From Trueperaceae bacterium (GTDB lineage Bacteria > Deinococcota > Deinococci > Deinococcales > Trueperaceae): 64,000 bases of DNA. Shown in pieces: positions 1 to 12,188 of this stretch. The translations under genes and the position numbers were made by a program. Numbering within the stretch: the first letter of the stretch is position 1; the number at the start of each line of letters is the position of its first letter. The DNA lies in the NCBI GenBank assembly GCA_965214405.1, contig OZ243956.1, positions 3,872,001 to 3,936,000 of the forward strand, written 5' to 3'. Below the pieces are notes generated by a model, which saw only the letters and a list, made by a program, of their open reading frames with translations, was not told where the DNA came from and made no database searches.

Positions 1-161
1 TCGGTCCCGAATCCAGAGGTTTACCCGCGGAGGTTCGCGCCATCACCCAGCCCCTGCGCCTCCCCATGCAACCCCACGCGCGTTCGCTCAACCTCGCGGT
101 GAGCGTCGGGGTGGCGGTTTATGAGGCGTGGCGGCAGATGGACTTCCGCGCTGACGGCTAA
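1..161 (+). CDS. trmL: tRNA (cytidine/uridine(34)-2'-O)-methyltransferase, C-terminal part (truncated by window edge)
   Basis: Frame from nt 3 reads GPESRGLP...LPMQPHARSLNLAVSVGVAVYEAWRQ, the SPOUT/TrmL C-terminal motifs. Stop TAA at 159-161 overlaps the rpe stop. Confidence 0.85.
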   Translation, partial: GPESRGLPAEVRAITQPLRLPMQPHARSLNLAVSVGVAVYEAWRQMDFRADG

Positions 162-883
162 CCCTTAGTTTTCGCCCCATCTTCCGCATCCATCCCGGTA
201 AGGCTCCGGCGCAACGTCGCCAAATTTTCTTGTACCGAATCCATCCCGCCAAACACGGCGCTCCCCGCGACCAGCACGTCCGCGCCCGCCTGAGCCGCGA
301 GCGGCGCGGTGGTCTTGTTGACGCCGCCGTCCACTTCGATTTCGCAGTGGGGGTTGAGTTCGTCGCGCCAGGCGGCGAGGGTGCGGAGGCGCGCCAAGCT
401 GCCCTCGATAAATTTCTGCCCGCCGAAACCCGGATTGACGCTCATGATGAGCGCCAAATCGAGATAGGGCAGCGCCTCCCGAAACACGGCGAGCGGCGTG
501 AGCGGGTTGACCGTGAGGCCGACTCTGGTGCCCGAGCCGCGGATGAGCTCGAGCGCCCGGTGCAAGTTCGGCGTGGCCTCGGCGTGGACGGTGAGTGTGT
601 CCGCGCCCGCCTCCGCGAAAGTTTCCAAAAAGCGCTCGGGCTTGTTTATCATTAAGTGAACGTCCAGAGGCAGCCGCGTCGCGCGCTTGCAGGCCTGGAT
701 GACGAGCGCGCCCACCGTGATGTTGGGAACAAAAACACCGTCCATTATGTCGATGTGAATGTAGTCGGCACCGCCCTCTTCGGCAGCCTGGAGCTGCGCG
801 CCCAGCCGCGAAAAGTCGGCTGAGAGGATCGAGGGTGCGAGTTTGAGGGTGCGGTTCGCGGGGCTTTTCACAGGGCCTTTCAC
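158..883 (-). CDS. rpe: Ribulose-phosphate 3-epimerase
   Basis: APSILSADF, HIDIMDGVFVPN, DVHLM, MSVNPGFGGQKF and EVDGG motifs. Confidence 0.97.
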   Translation of the reverse strand: MKGPVKSPANRTLKLAPSILSADFSRLGAQLQAAEEGGADYIHIDIMDGVFVPNITVGALVIQACKRATRLPLDVHLMINKPERFLETFAEAGADTLTVHAEATPNLHRALELIRGSGTRVGLTVNPLTPLAVFREALPYLDLALIMSVNPGFGGQKFIEGSLARLRTLAAWRDELNPHCEIEVDGGVNKTTAPLAAQAGADVLVAGSAVFGGMDSVQENLATLRRSLTGMDAEDGAKTKG

Positions 884-1040
884 AGGGGGAGTATAGCAGC
901 CCGGTCATGTCTGTTGGGCTCGAGCGTCGCCAGATACAAGTAAGCATGTGGTAAGCACTTTCTGACGAGATGGTAGCGTGAAGAGAAACGGTTTTGAGAG
1001 CCTGCGGGCCGGATTCCAGAAGCCGTTTGGGGGGGTAACC

Positions 1041-2123
1041 ATGAATACACTCAGCCGCTCGAGCCGAGTGCTGCTGGCGGTCATCGCCACCGTGCTCGTG
1101 TTCGCCGCGCTACGGGCCACGGAGCCCATCTCCCTGCCGCTCTTTTTCGGCGTCGTGCTCCTGCTCTTCTTTAGACCGCTGCAAAGGCGCTTGGACCGAC
1201 GCCTACCGCGCTGGGCGGGCGTCCTCATTATCACGCTCCTCTCCCTTCTGTTTCTGGCCTTTCTGGGTGGGCTCCTCGCCTACAGCGTGAACGCCGTCGC
1301 GCCCGAGGTGCCAGGTTACGTTAATGAGGTCCAAAGTCGGCTCCAAAGTTTACAAAGTCGCTTACAGGAGCGAGGCATCTCGGTGTCGCTGCCGGGCGTG
1401 GGTGAAGGCGGGGGTGCTCAGGGTGGGGATACCCAAGACGGAACGGCGCAAGCGGGTGGCGGCACGTCGGGCACTTCCTTTTTGAGCAACGTGCTGAGTT
1501 TTTTCGGCTCTTTCGTAGGCGGCCTCTCCTTGACTGTACTGACTTTAACCGTGCTCATCTTTTTGCTTATTGAGGCGAACGGCTTTCGTGAAAAGGTGGG
1601 GCGGCGTTTGGAGTCCGACACCTCCAACCGCGTGTTGGACGCGTTCGAGCGCATGACGGGCAAATTTGAGCGTTACTTCCTCGTCCAGACCTTTACGAGC
1701 GTCTTGACTGGGCTCCTCACCTGGCTTTGGTGCTGGATACTGGGTGTTCCCTTCTCGTTCGTCTGGGGCGTCGTCGGCTTCACCTTTAATTTCGTGCCCA
1801 CCGTCGGCTCCATCCTGGCGGTGGTGCCGCCCACGCTCTTCGCGCTCGCCTTTAGCGGCGTCGGCACGGGGCTGGCGGTGTTCGCGGGGCTCGCGGTCAT
1901 CCAGCTCCTACTGGGCAACTTTGTGGACCCGGCCTTGCAGGGGAGCGCGCTCAACCTCTCGCCCGTGGTGGTCCTCCTGGCGGTCGTTTTTTGGGGCTGG
2001 CTCTGGGGCATCGGCGGGGCGATTATCGGCGTGCCTCTCACGGTGGCGCTGGTGCTGCTGGCGGGGGAGTTCGAGGCGACGCGGCCTATCGCTGTTTTTT
2101 TGAGCGAGCCCGGCGAAGTCTAG
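1041..2123 (+). CDS. AI-2E family (PerM/TqsA-like) membrane transporter
   Basis: Multi-TM protein with FNFVPTVGS, GNFVDP and LSPVVVLLAVVFWGWLWGIGGAIIGVP motifs. ATG at 1041 follows a G-rich RBS. Confidence 0.9.
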   Translation: MNTLSRSSRVLLAVIATVLVFAALRATEPISLPLFFGVVLLLFFRPLQRRLDRRLPRWAGVLIITLLSLLFLAFLGGLLAYSVNAVAPEVPGYVNEVQSRLQSLQSRLQERGISVSLPGVGEGGGAQGGDTQDGTAQAGGGTSGTSFLSNVLSFFGSFVGGLSLTVLTLTVLIFLLIEANGFREKVGRRLESDTSNRVLDAFERMTGKFERYFLVQTFTSVLTGLLTWLWCWILGVPFSFVWGVVGFTFNFVPTVGSILAVVPPTLFALAFSGVGTGLAVFAGLAVIQLLLGNFVDPALQGSALNLSPVVVLLAVVFWGWLWGIGGAIIGVPLTVALVLLAGEFEATRPIAVFLSEPGEV

Positions 2124-2319
2124 TTTTCACCCGTATGAACGGCTAATGTTGCGTAGCCTTCGGTAGTTGAGCTTTTAGGTCACTATTATGCACTTGTAGC
2201 AGGTAGCACCCTAGTCTGAACAATATTCAGCCTGAGCGTTACCTTCTGGAATGCAGCCTAAAGTGATGATGCCTGCGTTGCTAAGCTCAGTATTTGCGAT
2301 AACCGCTATAGGAGGTTTT

Positions 2320-3174
2320 ATGGATTACGCACACCCCGAGGTTCTGGTTTCTACCGATTGGGTTTTGGAACATCATAAGGATGACAACGTCCGAGTTCTT
2401 GAAGTTGACGAGGACGTACTGCTCTACGACACCGGCCACATTCCGGGCGCGCAAAAAATCGACTGGCTCATGGATTTGTGGGACGACACCATGCGCGAGT
2501 TCGTCCAGCCCGACGAACTGGCCGCGCTTTTCAAACGCCTGGGCATCTCGAACGACACCACCATCGTGCTGTACGGCGATAAAAACAACTGGTGGGCCGC
2601 CTACGCGTTCTGGTTTTTCAAGTACAGCGGCGTGGAAGGGCTCAAGCTCATGAACGGTGGGCGCGTCAAGTGGACGCAAGAGGACAAGCCGCTCACCACT
2701 GAGGTGCCGAGCTACCCCAAAGGAAACTACACCCCAGGCCAGCGCGACCCCAACCTGCGCGCCTTCCGTGATGAAGTTTTGCAGCACATCGACAGAACCA
2801 AAGCGGGCGAGGGCGCGATGGTGGACGTGCGCTCCCCCGGCGAATTTTCCGGCGAGGTGACGCACATGCCCTCCTACCCGCAAGAGGGCGTGTTGCGCGG
2901 CGGGCACATTCCGGGCGCGAGCAACATCCCCTGGTCGCAGGCCGCCAACGAGGACGGCACTTTCAAAAGTGCGGACGAGCTCAAGAATCTTTACGCCGAC
3001 AAGGGCGTCACGGGCGACAAGGACATCATCGCCTACTGCCGCATCGCTGAAAGGAGTTCGCACACCTGGTTCGTGCTCAAGTACCTGTTGGGCTATGACA
3101 ACGTTAAAAACTACGACGGCTCCTGGACCGAGTGGGGCAACAGCGTGGGGGTGCCTATCGAAAAGGGCGCGTAG
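2320..3174 (+). CDS. Thiosulfate sulfurtransferase (double rhodanese, SseA/CysA-like)
   Basis: LVSTDW, GHIPGA twice, active-site [25 protein letters not shown] precedes ATG 2320. Confidence 0.93.
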   Translation: MDYAHPEVLVSTDWVLEHHKDDNVRVLEVDEDVLLYDTGHIPGAQKIDWLMDLWDDTMREFVQPDELAALFKRLGISNDTTIVLYGDKNNWWAAYAFWFFKYSGVEGLKLMNGGRVKWTQEDKPLTTEVPSYPKGNYTPGQRDPNLRAFRDEVLQHIDRTKAGEGAMVDVRSPGEFSGEVTHMPSYPQEGVLRGGHIPGASNIPWSQAANEDGTFKSADELKNLYADKGVTGDKDIIAYCRIAERSSHTWFVLKYLLGYDNVKNYDGSWTEWGNSVGVPIEKGA

Positions 3175-3206
3175 CGTTTCCGTTTAGCTTTTACGTTAAG
3201 GATGAG

Positions 3207-3236
3207 AGGGTGGGCTTTTGAGCCTGCCCTTCTTTC
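3207..3236 (+). terminator. Probable intrinsic terminator
   Basis: AGGGTGGGCT-tttg-AGCCTGCCCT hairpin followed by a T-rich tract, downstream of the sulfurtransferase. Confidence 0.6.
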
Positions 3237-3320
3237 GTATCATGCCTCGCAAAAGTTTATGAGCTACAATCAACCCACTGTGACGTGTGTTGGTCTCGAG
3301 TTTATAAGGAGGGTGCGACG

Positions 3321-3662
3321 ATGGGTGACTGGGTTTGGGTTCTTATTCCCTTAGCAGGCATAGGCGGTTGGATTTTTACGGAGTGGCTGGAGGCTCAATC
3401 TAAACAGCATAAATTAGGCTCTCCTAACGCTGAGCTAGAAAAGGAGGTTGAGCGGCTTAGAGGGGAACTCGAGGGGCAGCAACAAGTGCTAGAGCGCCGT
3501 ATCGCCAACTTGGAAACCATCGTCACCAGTCAAACCTGGGACGTGCTGCAAGACTCGGAGAAGAGCGCGGACGATAAAAAGTTTCTGACGAGCGTTAGGG
3601 ACTTGAGAAGCGACCTTAGCGATGACCGCAAGGCGGAGGAGTTGGCGCGGCGTTTGAAATAA
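3321..3662 (+). CDS. Small protein with N-terminal TM helix and coiled coil (PspB-like hypothetical)
   Basis: AAGGAGG RBS; hydrophobic N-terminus followed by ...LERRIANLETIV coiled coil. Confidence 0.6.
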   Translation: MGDWVWVLIPLAGIGGWIFTEWLEAQSKQHKLGSPNAELEKEVERLRGELEGQQQVLERRIANLETIVTSQTWDVLQDSEKSADDKKFLTSVRDLRSDLSDDRKAEELARRLK

Positions 3663-3686
3663 GGTTTAACGAGTTTTTGGGAATTT

Positions 3687-4433
3687 TTACACTTTTTTCA
3701 ATTTGAATACTGCGCTGGAACCTGTGGAGTTAAACGAGCTGGCTTGCCAGTCGGTGTACTTACCCAGCACCTTAAAACCTGCCTCTTCAACGAGCGAAAG
3801 AAGCGTCTCGAGGAGAAGGAACTTTAGCTCGATGCTCGAGCCCACCTCCCTACCGTCGGCATACCGGCGTTTCATATCGAAGTAGAGGAGGTTGTTCTGG
3901 GGGTCAAAACGTGTTTTGCGGCCAAGAAAACACACCGCGTCGCCGGAAGCGTTGGTGTATTCATTCCAAAACTCGAATGTATTGTCTTCGCTGAGGTCGT
4001 AGCCTTCCAGCAAGCGCGTGTCGAAGGCCAAAATCCCGTTTGTGTTGAGATGCCCCTTTACATTTTTTAGGAGTTGCAGAACAGCCTCTTCGGTCAGGAA
4101 AGCCTGAAAAGCGTTGCCCGTCATGAGCGCTAAATCAAAGCACTTGTCAAGCTTGAAGTCCAGCGCGTTCGCAAGGTGGAAAGAGGCGTTGGGGAGGTGC
4201 TTGGCTTTGTCTTGGGCTCGAGCCAGCATACTCGGGGCGATGTCAACGCCGACCACCTCGAATCCTGCTTCGGCCAGCGGCACCGTCACGATGCCCGACC
4301 CGCAGCACACGTCGAGAATTGCGCCGTTTTGCTCTCGAGCCAGCGCCGTCAAGTAAGCTATTTCCTCTTCGTACTGATCGCCGTACTGCGCGTCGTAGTC
4401 GGCACCTGAACGGAACTCGCTTAGGTTTTGCAC
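3687..4433 (-). CDS. Class I SAM-dependent methyltransferase
   Basis: ILDVCCGSG motif I, VVGVDIAPSML, and HLNTNGILAFD. Confidence 0.9.
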   Translation of the reverse strand: MQNLSEFRSGADYDAQYGDQYEEEIAYLTALAREQNGAILDVCCGSGIVTVPLAEAGFEVVGVDIAPSMLARAQDKAKHLPNASFHLANALDFKLDKCFDLALMTGNAFQAFLTEEAVLQLLKNVKGHLNTNGILAFDTRLLEGYDLSEDNTFEFWNEYTNASGDAVCFLGRKTRFDPQNNLLYFDMKRRYADGREVGSSIELKFLLLETLLSLVEEAGFKVLGKYTDWQASSFNSTGSSAVFKLKKV

Positions 4434-4520
4434 GTTATCCCCTTAAAAGGTTACAACAGTGGATGCCGAGGATATGAGGTATAAGAATGGCGTTTGATTT
4501 CTCAAGCCTTAACTCGCCAT

Positions 4521-4730
4521 CTAATAAATGATGGGTTTGTACTTGGGCTCTGGAATGGATCTACCCGTCTCTTTCGCCACCTCGAGCCACGCCTCCTTAG
4601 CCTTTTGCACCTCGGCCAGCGCCTCCGCGGGCGTCCCGCCAAACGCAGAGCAAAATCTAAGGTCTGGAATGTCGGCGATGTAACCCTCATCTTCCTCGCT
4701 GTAGAAAATGTTGACGCTGTACCTATCCAT
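4521..4730 (-). CDS. HicB family antitoxin (short, second copy)
   Basis: YSEEDEGYIADIPDL..CSAFGGTPAEALAE...W...GRSIPEP partial RNase H fold. Confidence 0.88.
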   Translation of the reverse strand: MDRYSVNIFYSEEDEGYIADIPDLRFCSAFGGTPAEALAEVQKAKEAWLEVAKETGRSIPEPKYKPIIY

Positions 4731-4951
4731 CAGGCGTACATCAACCGCCCTTTAGGCTCAGGAATCTCACGCCCTAGCTCCTTAGCCGTTTCAATCCACT
4801 CACGAATAATGACCTCAACATTAGCCACTGCTTCAGCGTAGGTGGAGCCGTCCGCCATGCAGCCAGGCAACTCTGGTACTTCGGCGAGAAACGCCTCATC
4901 TTCCTCGCTCCAGTAGATGATGACCTCATATTTTGGATGCTCAACCATCAC
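4730..4951 (-). CDS. HicB family antitoxin (short)
   Basis: YWSEEDEAFLAEVPELPGCMADGSTYAEAV...WIETAKELGREIPEP. Confidence 0.9.
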   Translation of the reverse strand: MMVEHPKYEVIIYWSEEDEAFLAEVPELPGCMADGSTYAEAVANVEVIIREWIETAKELGREIPEPKGRLMYA

Positions 4952-5198
4952 TACCTCCTAAGCCATACTTCAAAATAATCCGACGAATTTGTTTCACCTG
5001 ATAAACTTTCGCCTTGCTGCCGTTTGGCTGAATGTTGATAATGTCTTTGACGCCTTCTTTGGTAAAGATGTGGTGGCTACCTCTTACGCGCTCGCTAAAA
5101 CCAAGGCTCTTGAGGAGGTTGCAAAGCGTGTCAAAGTCGATATTCGCGTCAGAAGTTCCCCGCAGAACTTTGACGAGGAACTTCTCGAGCCTACTCAC
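4941..5198 (-). CDS. HicA family mRNA interferase toxin
   Basis: Basic 85-aa protein with LGF..RVRGSHHIF and AKVYQVKQI motifs. Confidence 0.9.
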   Translation of the reverse strand: MSRLEKFLVKVLRGTSDANIDFDTLCNLLKSLGFSERVRGSHHIFTKEGVKDIINIQPNGSKAKVYQVKQIRRIILKYGLGGSDG

Positions 5199-5209
5199 CT
5201 GACCCTTCC

Positions 5210-6916
5210 CTAATCCGTCACCGCCCCCTGAGACGCGCTCCCCACCAACTTCGCGTACTTCGCCAGCACGCCCCGCTCATACTTGATGGGCGGCGCTTGC
5301 CAGTCGGCCCGGCGCTTTTCTAGTTCGGCGTCGGTAAGCTCGAGCCGAATCAAATTCTCCTCTGCGTCAATCGTCACCGCGTCACCCTCGTGAACGAGCG
5401 CAATCGGCCCGCCCACCTGCGCCTCGGGCGCGACGTGCCCGACAACCAAGCCGTAGGTGCCACCTGAGAAGCGCCCGTCGGTAATGAGGCCCACCGAATC
5501 ACCCAAGCCCTTGCCGATAATCGCGCTCGTGGGCGAGAGCATCTCGCGCATTCCGGGTCCGCCCCTGGGACCTTCGTAGCGGATGACGAGCACGTCGCCC
5601 GGGCGAATTTTGTCGTTCATGATGGCGTCCATCGCGCTCTCTTCAGACTCGAACACCCTGGCCGGGCCGGTAATCTTGGAACTTTTAAGCCCACTGATTT
5701 TGGCAACCGCGCCTTCCGGAGCCAAATTGCCGCGCAAGATGGCTAAGTGGCCCTCCTCGTATTTGGGGTTGTTGAGCGGCAGCACCACGTTCTGACCCTC
5801 GGGCGGGGCGGCGGGGACGTTCTCCAGATTCTCCGCCACCGTCTTGCCCGTGACCGTCATGCAGTCGCCGTGGAGGAGGCCCGCGTCGAGGAGCATCTTC
5901 ATCACCAGCGGGATGCCGCCGACGCGGTGGAGGTCGGTGGCGACGTACTTGCCCGAGGGCTTGAGGTCGGCGAAGTGCGGGACGCGTTTGCGGAGGCGTT
6001 CGAAATCGTCTAGCTCGAGCCCAACCCCCGCAGCGTGCGCAATCGCCAGAAGGTGCAGCACCGCGTTGGTCGAGCCGCCCACCGCCATCACCACGCTGAC
6101 GCCGTTTTCGAACGCCTCTTTAGTAAGAATCTTGCGCGGCGTCAGGTCGTCTCTGATGAGGTCTAAGAGTACCCGCCCGCTCTCGGCGGCGCTCTCCGCC
6201 TTCTCCTCATCTTCGGCGGCCATCGTCGAGGAGTAGGGCAGGCTCATCCCCATCGCCTCAAAGGCGCTCGACATGGTGTTGGCGGTGTACATCCCGCCGC
6301 ACGAACCCTTGCCGGGGCAGGCGGCACGCTCGATGGCGCAGAAGTCGCCGTAGGAAAGTTTACCTGCGTCGTACGCGCCCACCGCCTCGAAGGCCGAGAC
6401 GATGGTCAAGTCTTGGCCGTTGTAGTGCCCCGGTTTGATGGTCCCGCCGTAGACGAAAATCGCGGGGATGTCTAAGCGCGCCATCGCAATCATCGCGCCC
6501 GGCATGTTTTTGTCGCAGCCGCCCACCGAGATGAGGCCGTCCATGCTCTGACCGCGGCAGACGGTTTCTATGGAGTCGGCTATGACTTCGCGGCTCACCA
6601 GGGAGCACTTCATCCCCTCGGTGCCCATGCTGATGCCGTCCGAAACGGTGATGGTCCCAAAGGTTTCGGGCATCCCGCCCGCCGCGCGGATAGCGGCCAT
6701 CGCCGCGTCGGAGAGTTCGCCCAGCCCGGCGTTGCACGGCGTGATGTTGCTCTGCCCGTTGGCGACGCCGATGATGGGCTTGCCGAAGTCTTCGTCTTCA
6801 AAGCCCACCGCGCGCATCATGGCGCGGTTGGGGGCGCGCGCGTCGCCTTCGGTGACAGTAGCACTACGATGATTGAGGGGGCGGTTGAGTTTGGGGCGGG
6901 TCAGGATGTCGCTCAT
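5210..6916 (-). CDS. ilvD: Dihydroxy-acid dehydratase
   Basis: [49 protein letters not shown] and TDGRFSGG. Confidence 0.98.
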   Translation of the reverse strand: MSDILTRPKLNRPLNHRSATVTEGDARAPNRAMMRAVGFEDEDFGKPIIGVANGQSNITPCNAGLGELSDAAMAAIRAAGGMPETFGTITVSDGISMGTEGMKCSLVSREVIADSIETVCRGQSMDGLISVGGCDKNMPGAMIAMARLDIPAIFVYGGTIKPGHYNGQDLTIVSAFEAVGAYDAGKLSYGDFCAIERAACPGKGSCGGMYTANTMSSAFEAMGMSLPYSSTMAAEDEEKAESAAESGRVLLDLIRDDLTPRKILTKEAFENGVSVVMAVGGSTNAVLHLLAIAHAAGVGLELDDFERLRKRVPHFADLKPSGKYVATDLHRVGGIPLVMKMLLDAGLLHGDCMTVTGKTVAENLENVPAAPPEGQNVVLPLNNPKYEEGHLAILRGNLAPEGAVAKISGLKSSKITGPARVFESEESAMDAIMNDKIRPGDVLVIRYEGPRGGPGMREMLSPTSAIIGKGLGDSVGLITDGRFSGGTYGLVVGHVAPEAQVGGPIALVHEGDAVTIDAEENLIRLELTDAELEKRRADWQAPPIKYERGVLAKYAKLVGSASQGAVTD

Positions 6917-7270
6917 AGAAGACCTCCGAAGAACATAGTTTAAGCTAAGTGTACCTGACGTGAGACGGCGCAGGTTTGGAAAAGGATTTAGGGTGACTCG
7001 AGCTTTAGATTGATGATGTTCGTATATAACAGAAGTGTTGGGCGCAGCTAGATTCGTCCATGTTATCAGGGTCTACGCTCTCACAAGCTCTATAGCCTGC
7101 GTCATCAAAGTGAGGTCTTCTGCAAGGTCGTCATAGCTCACTAAAGCCTGACGCGTGCTCGAGGCGTTGGCACGTCCCCCGTCTCTTCTGCTTCGAGCTT
7201 TGGCTGACCGCTTGCTTAAAAGGGCGACTGTGTTACACTTCTTTAGCTTTCAAAAAGAAAGAGGTGTCGG

Positions 7271-8242
7271 ATGAACCGAATGACGCTACGCTTACTTTTG
7301 GCTCTTTTCGTCCTGCTGTCGGGGGTCGGCCTGACGTTCGCTCAAGAACCGCCGCAGTCGCTGCGGATTATGGCCCCTGCCTCGCCGGGGGGCGGCTGGG
7401 ACGGGACCTCGAGGGCGATGCAAACCGTGCTGCAAGAAACGGGCCTCGTCCCGCAGGTCGAAGTCTACAACGTGCCCGGCGCGGGCGGCACGGTGGGGCT
7501 GGCGCAACTCGCCACTAGCGAGGCAGGCAACGGCGACCTGCTCATGATGATGGGTCTGGTGATGGTGGGCTCTATTCTGACCAACGACGCGCCCGTGACC
7601 CTGGACCAGGCCACGCCCATCGCGCGCCTTACTGCCGAATACGAGGTGGTGGTGGTGCCTGCGAATTCCGAGTTTGAGACGCTCGAGAATTTGCTCACAG
7701 CCCTCAGAGAAGACCCCGGCGCGGTGTCCTGGGGCGGCGGCTCGGCGGGCGGCATCGACCACATTCTGGTGGGGCTGATTGCGCAAGAGGCGGGGGTGGA
7801 CCCCACGGAAATTAACTACATCCCCTTCTCGGGTGGGGGCGAGGCGCTAGCTTCTATCTTGGGCGGTCAGGTGTCGGCGGGCGTGTCCGGGTATTCCGAG
7901 TGGGCGGGTCAGATCGAGTCGGGCGAGCTGCGCGTGCTGGGCATCTCCTCGCCCGAGCGCCAAGAGGGCATCGACGCGCCGACGCTTATGGAAGGCGGCG
8001 TGAATCTGGACATCGCCAACTGGCGCGGCGTAGTCGCGCCTCCCGATTTGAGCGACGAGGAGCGCGCCGCGCTCGTCACCACGATGGACGAGATGGTCGA
8101 GACTGAGGCGTGGCAAGAGACGCTGACGCGGTTTAACTGGACGGGCGCTTACCTTTCTGGCGACGCTTTTGACGAATATCTGGCGAGTGAAAAGATGCGC
8201 GTGACGGAAGTGCTCACAGAGATTGGTCTGGTCAACCCGTAG
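7271..8242 (+). CDS. tctC: Tripartite tricarboxylate transporter substrate-binding protein
   Basis: Signal peptide; PASPGGGWD, NVPGAGGTVG, PFSGGGEA and NWRG motifs. Confidence 0.92.
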   Translation: MNRMTLRLLLALFVLLSGVGLTFAQEPPQSLRIMAPASPGGGWDGTSRAMQTVLQETGLVPQVEVYNVPGAGGTVGLAQLATSEAGNGDLLMMMGLVMVGSILTNDAPVTLDQATPIARLTAEYEVVVVPANSEFETLENLLTALREDPGAVSWGGGSAGGIDHILVGLIAQEAGVDPTEINYIPFSGGGEALASILGGQVSAGVSGYSEWAGQIESGELRVLGISSPERQEGIDAPTLMEGGVNLDIANWRGVVAPPDLSDEERAALVTTMDEMVETEAWQETLTRFNWTGAYLSGDAFDEYLASEKMRVTEVLTEIGLVNP

Positions 8243-8803
8243 GTGAAACCGCCGCCCGCTGACGCTCGAGCCGGGGCAGAAAGTGAAAGAGAAGCAGTGG
8301 ACGAGGCGGGCGTTTCCTGGGGCGACGTCGTCATCGCCCTGGGGACGCTCGCGCTGGGAACTTATTTCATTATAGGCGCGTTCAACATCCGCGTGCTTTC
8401 TTCTTACGCCCGCGTCGGGCCGCGCTTTTTCCCGTTCCTGGTCGCGGCGGGTCTGCTCCTTTGCGGCGCGCTGCTCCTCATTGGCGCGTTGCGCGGCGAG
8501 CGGGCGCTGCCGGAGGGGGGTGAAGACGTAGACGTAGACGCGCCCGCCGATTGGTGGGCGGTTCTTATGGTGAGCGTGGCGCTCCTCGCCGACATCCTGC
8601 TCATCGAACGGCTCGGGTTTGTGCTCGCCTCAACCGTGCTCTTTTGGGGCGTGGCCTTTGGCTTCGGGAGCCGCCGCTATTTGCGCGACGCGCTCGTCGG
8701 CCTCATCCTCGCAGCGGTGGTGTACGGCGCTTTCACGCGCCTTTTGGACCTCAATTTGCCCGCGGGCGTGTTGCCCCTCGCTCTGCTCTCCATAGGAGGC
8801 TAG
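8243..8803 (+). CDS. tctB: Tripartite tricarboxylate transporter small permease
   Basis: GPRFFP and C-terminal L.LPAG motifs; lies between tctC and tctA. Confidence 0.88.
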   Translation: MKPPPADARAGAESEREAVDEAGVSWGDVVIALGTLALGTYFIIGAFNIRVLSSYARVGPRFFPFLVAAGLLLCGALLLIGALRGERALPEGGEDVDVDAPADWWAVLMVSVALLADILLIERLGFVLASTVLFWGVAFGFGSRRYLRDALVGLILAAVVYGAFTRLLDLNLPAGVLPLALLSIGG

Positions 8804-8804
8804 G

Positions 8805-10296
<1,492 letters not shown>

Positions 10297-10310
<14 letters not shown>

Positions 10311-11484
10311 GCTTTTCCAAGCGCTCGCTCGCCTCTTTAAGCGCCTCGTCCGACTTACAAAAAGCGAAGCGCACGAGGTGCTTGGCGAGAGGCTTATGCG
10401 GCTCGCTGTAAAAGGCGCTCGGCGGGATGGCGACGACGCCTATTTGTTCGGGCAACGCGTCGCAGAGGCTCACGTCGTCCCCGAATCCCAAGGCGGAACT
10501 TTCGGCGATGACGAAGTAACCGCCCTGCGGGACGAGCGGCTTTAAGGGCGTGTTGCTAAGCGCGTCCACCAGCGCGTCGCGCCTCCTTAGATAGTCACCG
10601 AGCAGCGTTTCGTAGTAGTCTCGAGCCCCCGCCTCACGTAGCAGCGTCGCCGAGGCCACCTGCAAGGGCGTCGCCACCGTGTAAGGAATCCACTGGTGCG
10701 CCATGCGCAGGGCGTGAATGAGGTTTTCAGGACCCACCGCCCAACCGACCTTCCAGCCTGTGACCGAAAAGGTCTTGCCGATGGACGAGATCGTTATGGT
10801 GCGTTCCCAACCGCCGGGGCGGCTCGCCACCGACACGTGTTTTGTAAAAGCAAGATGCTCGTAAACCTCGTCGCTGATGATAACCGCGTCAAAGGTCTCG
10901 GCAAGCCCAATGATGGCGTCGAGTTCATCTTCTGAAAAAACCTTGCCTGTCGGGTTGTGCGGCGTGTTAATAATAATGGCCTTGGTTTTGTTGTTGAACG
11001 CCCCTCTGAGTTCATCAAGCTCGAGCGCCCACTCCCCATCCTCTTGTGGATGAAGCGGCACATAACGGGGCACGCCCCCGGCCATGTGTACGTCGGCGGG
11101 GTAGGCGTCGTAGAAGGGCTCGAGCAGCACCACCTCGTCCCCCGGATTGATGAGCGCCTGCATAACGGCAAAAAGCGCCTCGGTTGCGCCCACGGTGACT
11201 TGGATGTTCTTCACGGGGTCCAGCGTGCGCCCCAGAGACGCGCCCGTTTTCTCGGCCAAGGCGTCCAATAAGATAGGCACCCCCGGCAGCGGCGGGTACT
11301 GCTGCGGTCCCGAGGCGGCCTCGCGCAGCGCTTCGAGCGCGAACGCGGGCGGCGCGAAATCGGGGAAGCCCTGGCCCAGGTTGACCGCGCCGTACTCTTG
11401 CGCCAAACGCGTGTAGCGGGAGAAGACGGTCTCGCCAAAGGGGGCGATGCGCCTGCTTCCTACGGGCTGCGTAGTGGAATTCAT
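10297..11484 (-). CDS. PLP-dependent class I aminotransferase (kynurenine/methionine aminotransferase-like)
   Basis: [24 protein letters not shown] and [14 protein letters not shown] (PLP lysine). Confidence 0.92.
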
Positions 11485-11616
11485 GGGGGAAGCATACCGT
11501 GTTTGTTAGGAGCTACACGGGTTTTGGGGCGGCTTTTGAGCAAGCGTTCACGTCACTCTGACATGAAAAAGGGAAGGCGCAGCGCTAAGGTATGCTGCCC
11601 TTATAGCACCACAAGG

Positions 11617-11973
11617 TCAACAGAGAACTTCAATGGTAAACCCACCTGGTGCTTTACAGTAAAACGTCCAAGACCCATGAAACCGCCGAGGCGGTTTCAC
11701 GTCAAAGCCATCGTCCTTGAGTTGCCGGTTGATTTCGTTGACCTTCTCTTCGCTTCCCTGGATAAAGCCAATATGAAAACTTGCTGGATACTTGACCTCA
11801 GCCGTTTCCCCAACCTTCATCAAGGTAAGCACTAAATTCGCATCGTCGAACATCACATCAAAGCTGTCGTCGCTTTCTACCCCTTCGACGCTGTGGAGAC
11901 CAAAATACTTTTCCAAGAACGCTCGCGTCCTGGGTACATCGCTGACCGTGAGATTAAGGTGATTCAGCTTCAT
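11617..11973 (-). CDS. VOC/glyoxalase family protein
   Basis: LNHLNLTVSDV...FHIGF...FYCKAPGGFTIEV. Confidence 0.88.
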   Translation of the reverse strand: MKLNHLNLTVSDVPRTRAFLEKYFGLHSVEGVESDDSFDVMFDDANLVLTLMKVGETAEVKYPASFHIGFIQGSEEKVNEINRQLKDDGFDVKPPRRFHGSWTFYCKAPGGFTIEVLC

Positions 11974-12188
11974 AGCTGTTCTATCCTAACTTGAAGAGCA
12001 GTCAGCAGCATAACTAGAACTAAACCGTTCCGGCGACTCCTTTTGAGCTCCTCAGGCGTAATCACAGTTGATTCGCCTTAGTTTACCCTAAGGTGAGTTT
12101 TTGGTTTTAACTAAAGGGCTTTATAAAGAGAGAAGCGTGTGGACATTTTGCACACGCTCCTCCAAATCTTTCGCTGATACGTCTTTTT

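Noticed and set aside
6960..7230. Possible gene remnant between ilvD and tctC (minus strand ...QALVSYDDLAEDLTLMTQAIELVRA)
   Set aside because: Short, with no convincing start or recognisable family; it cannot be supported without a database search.
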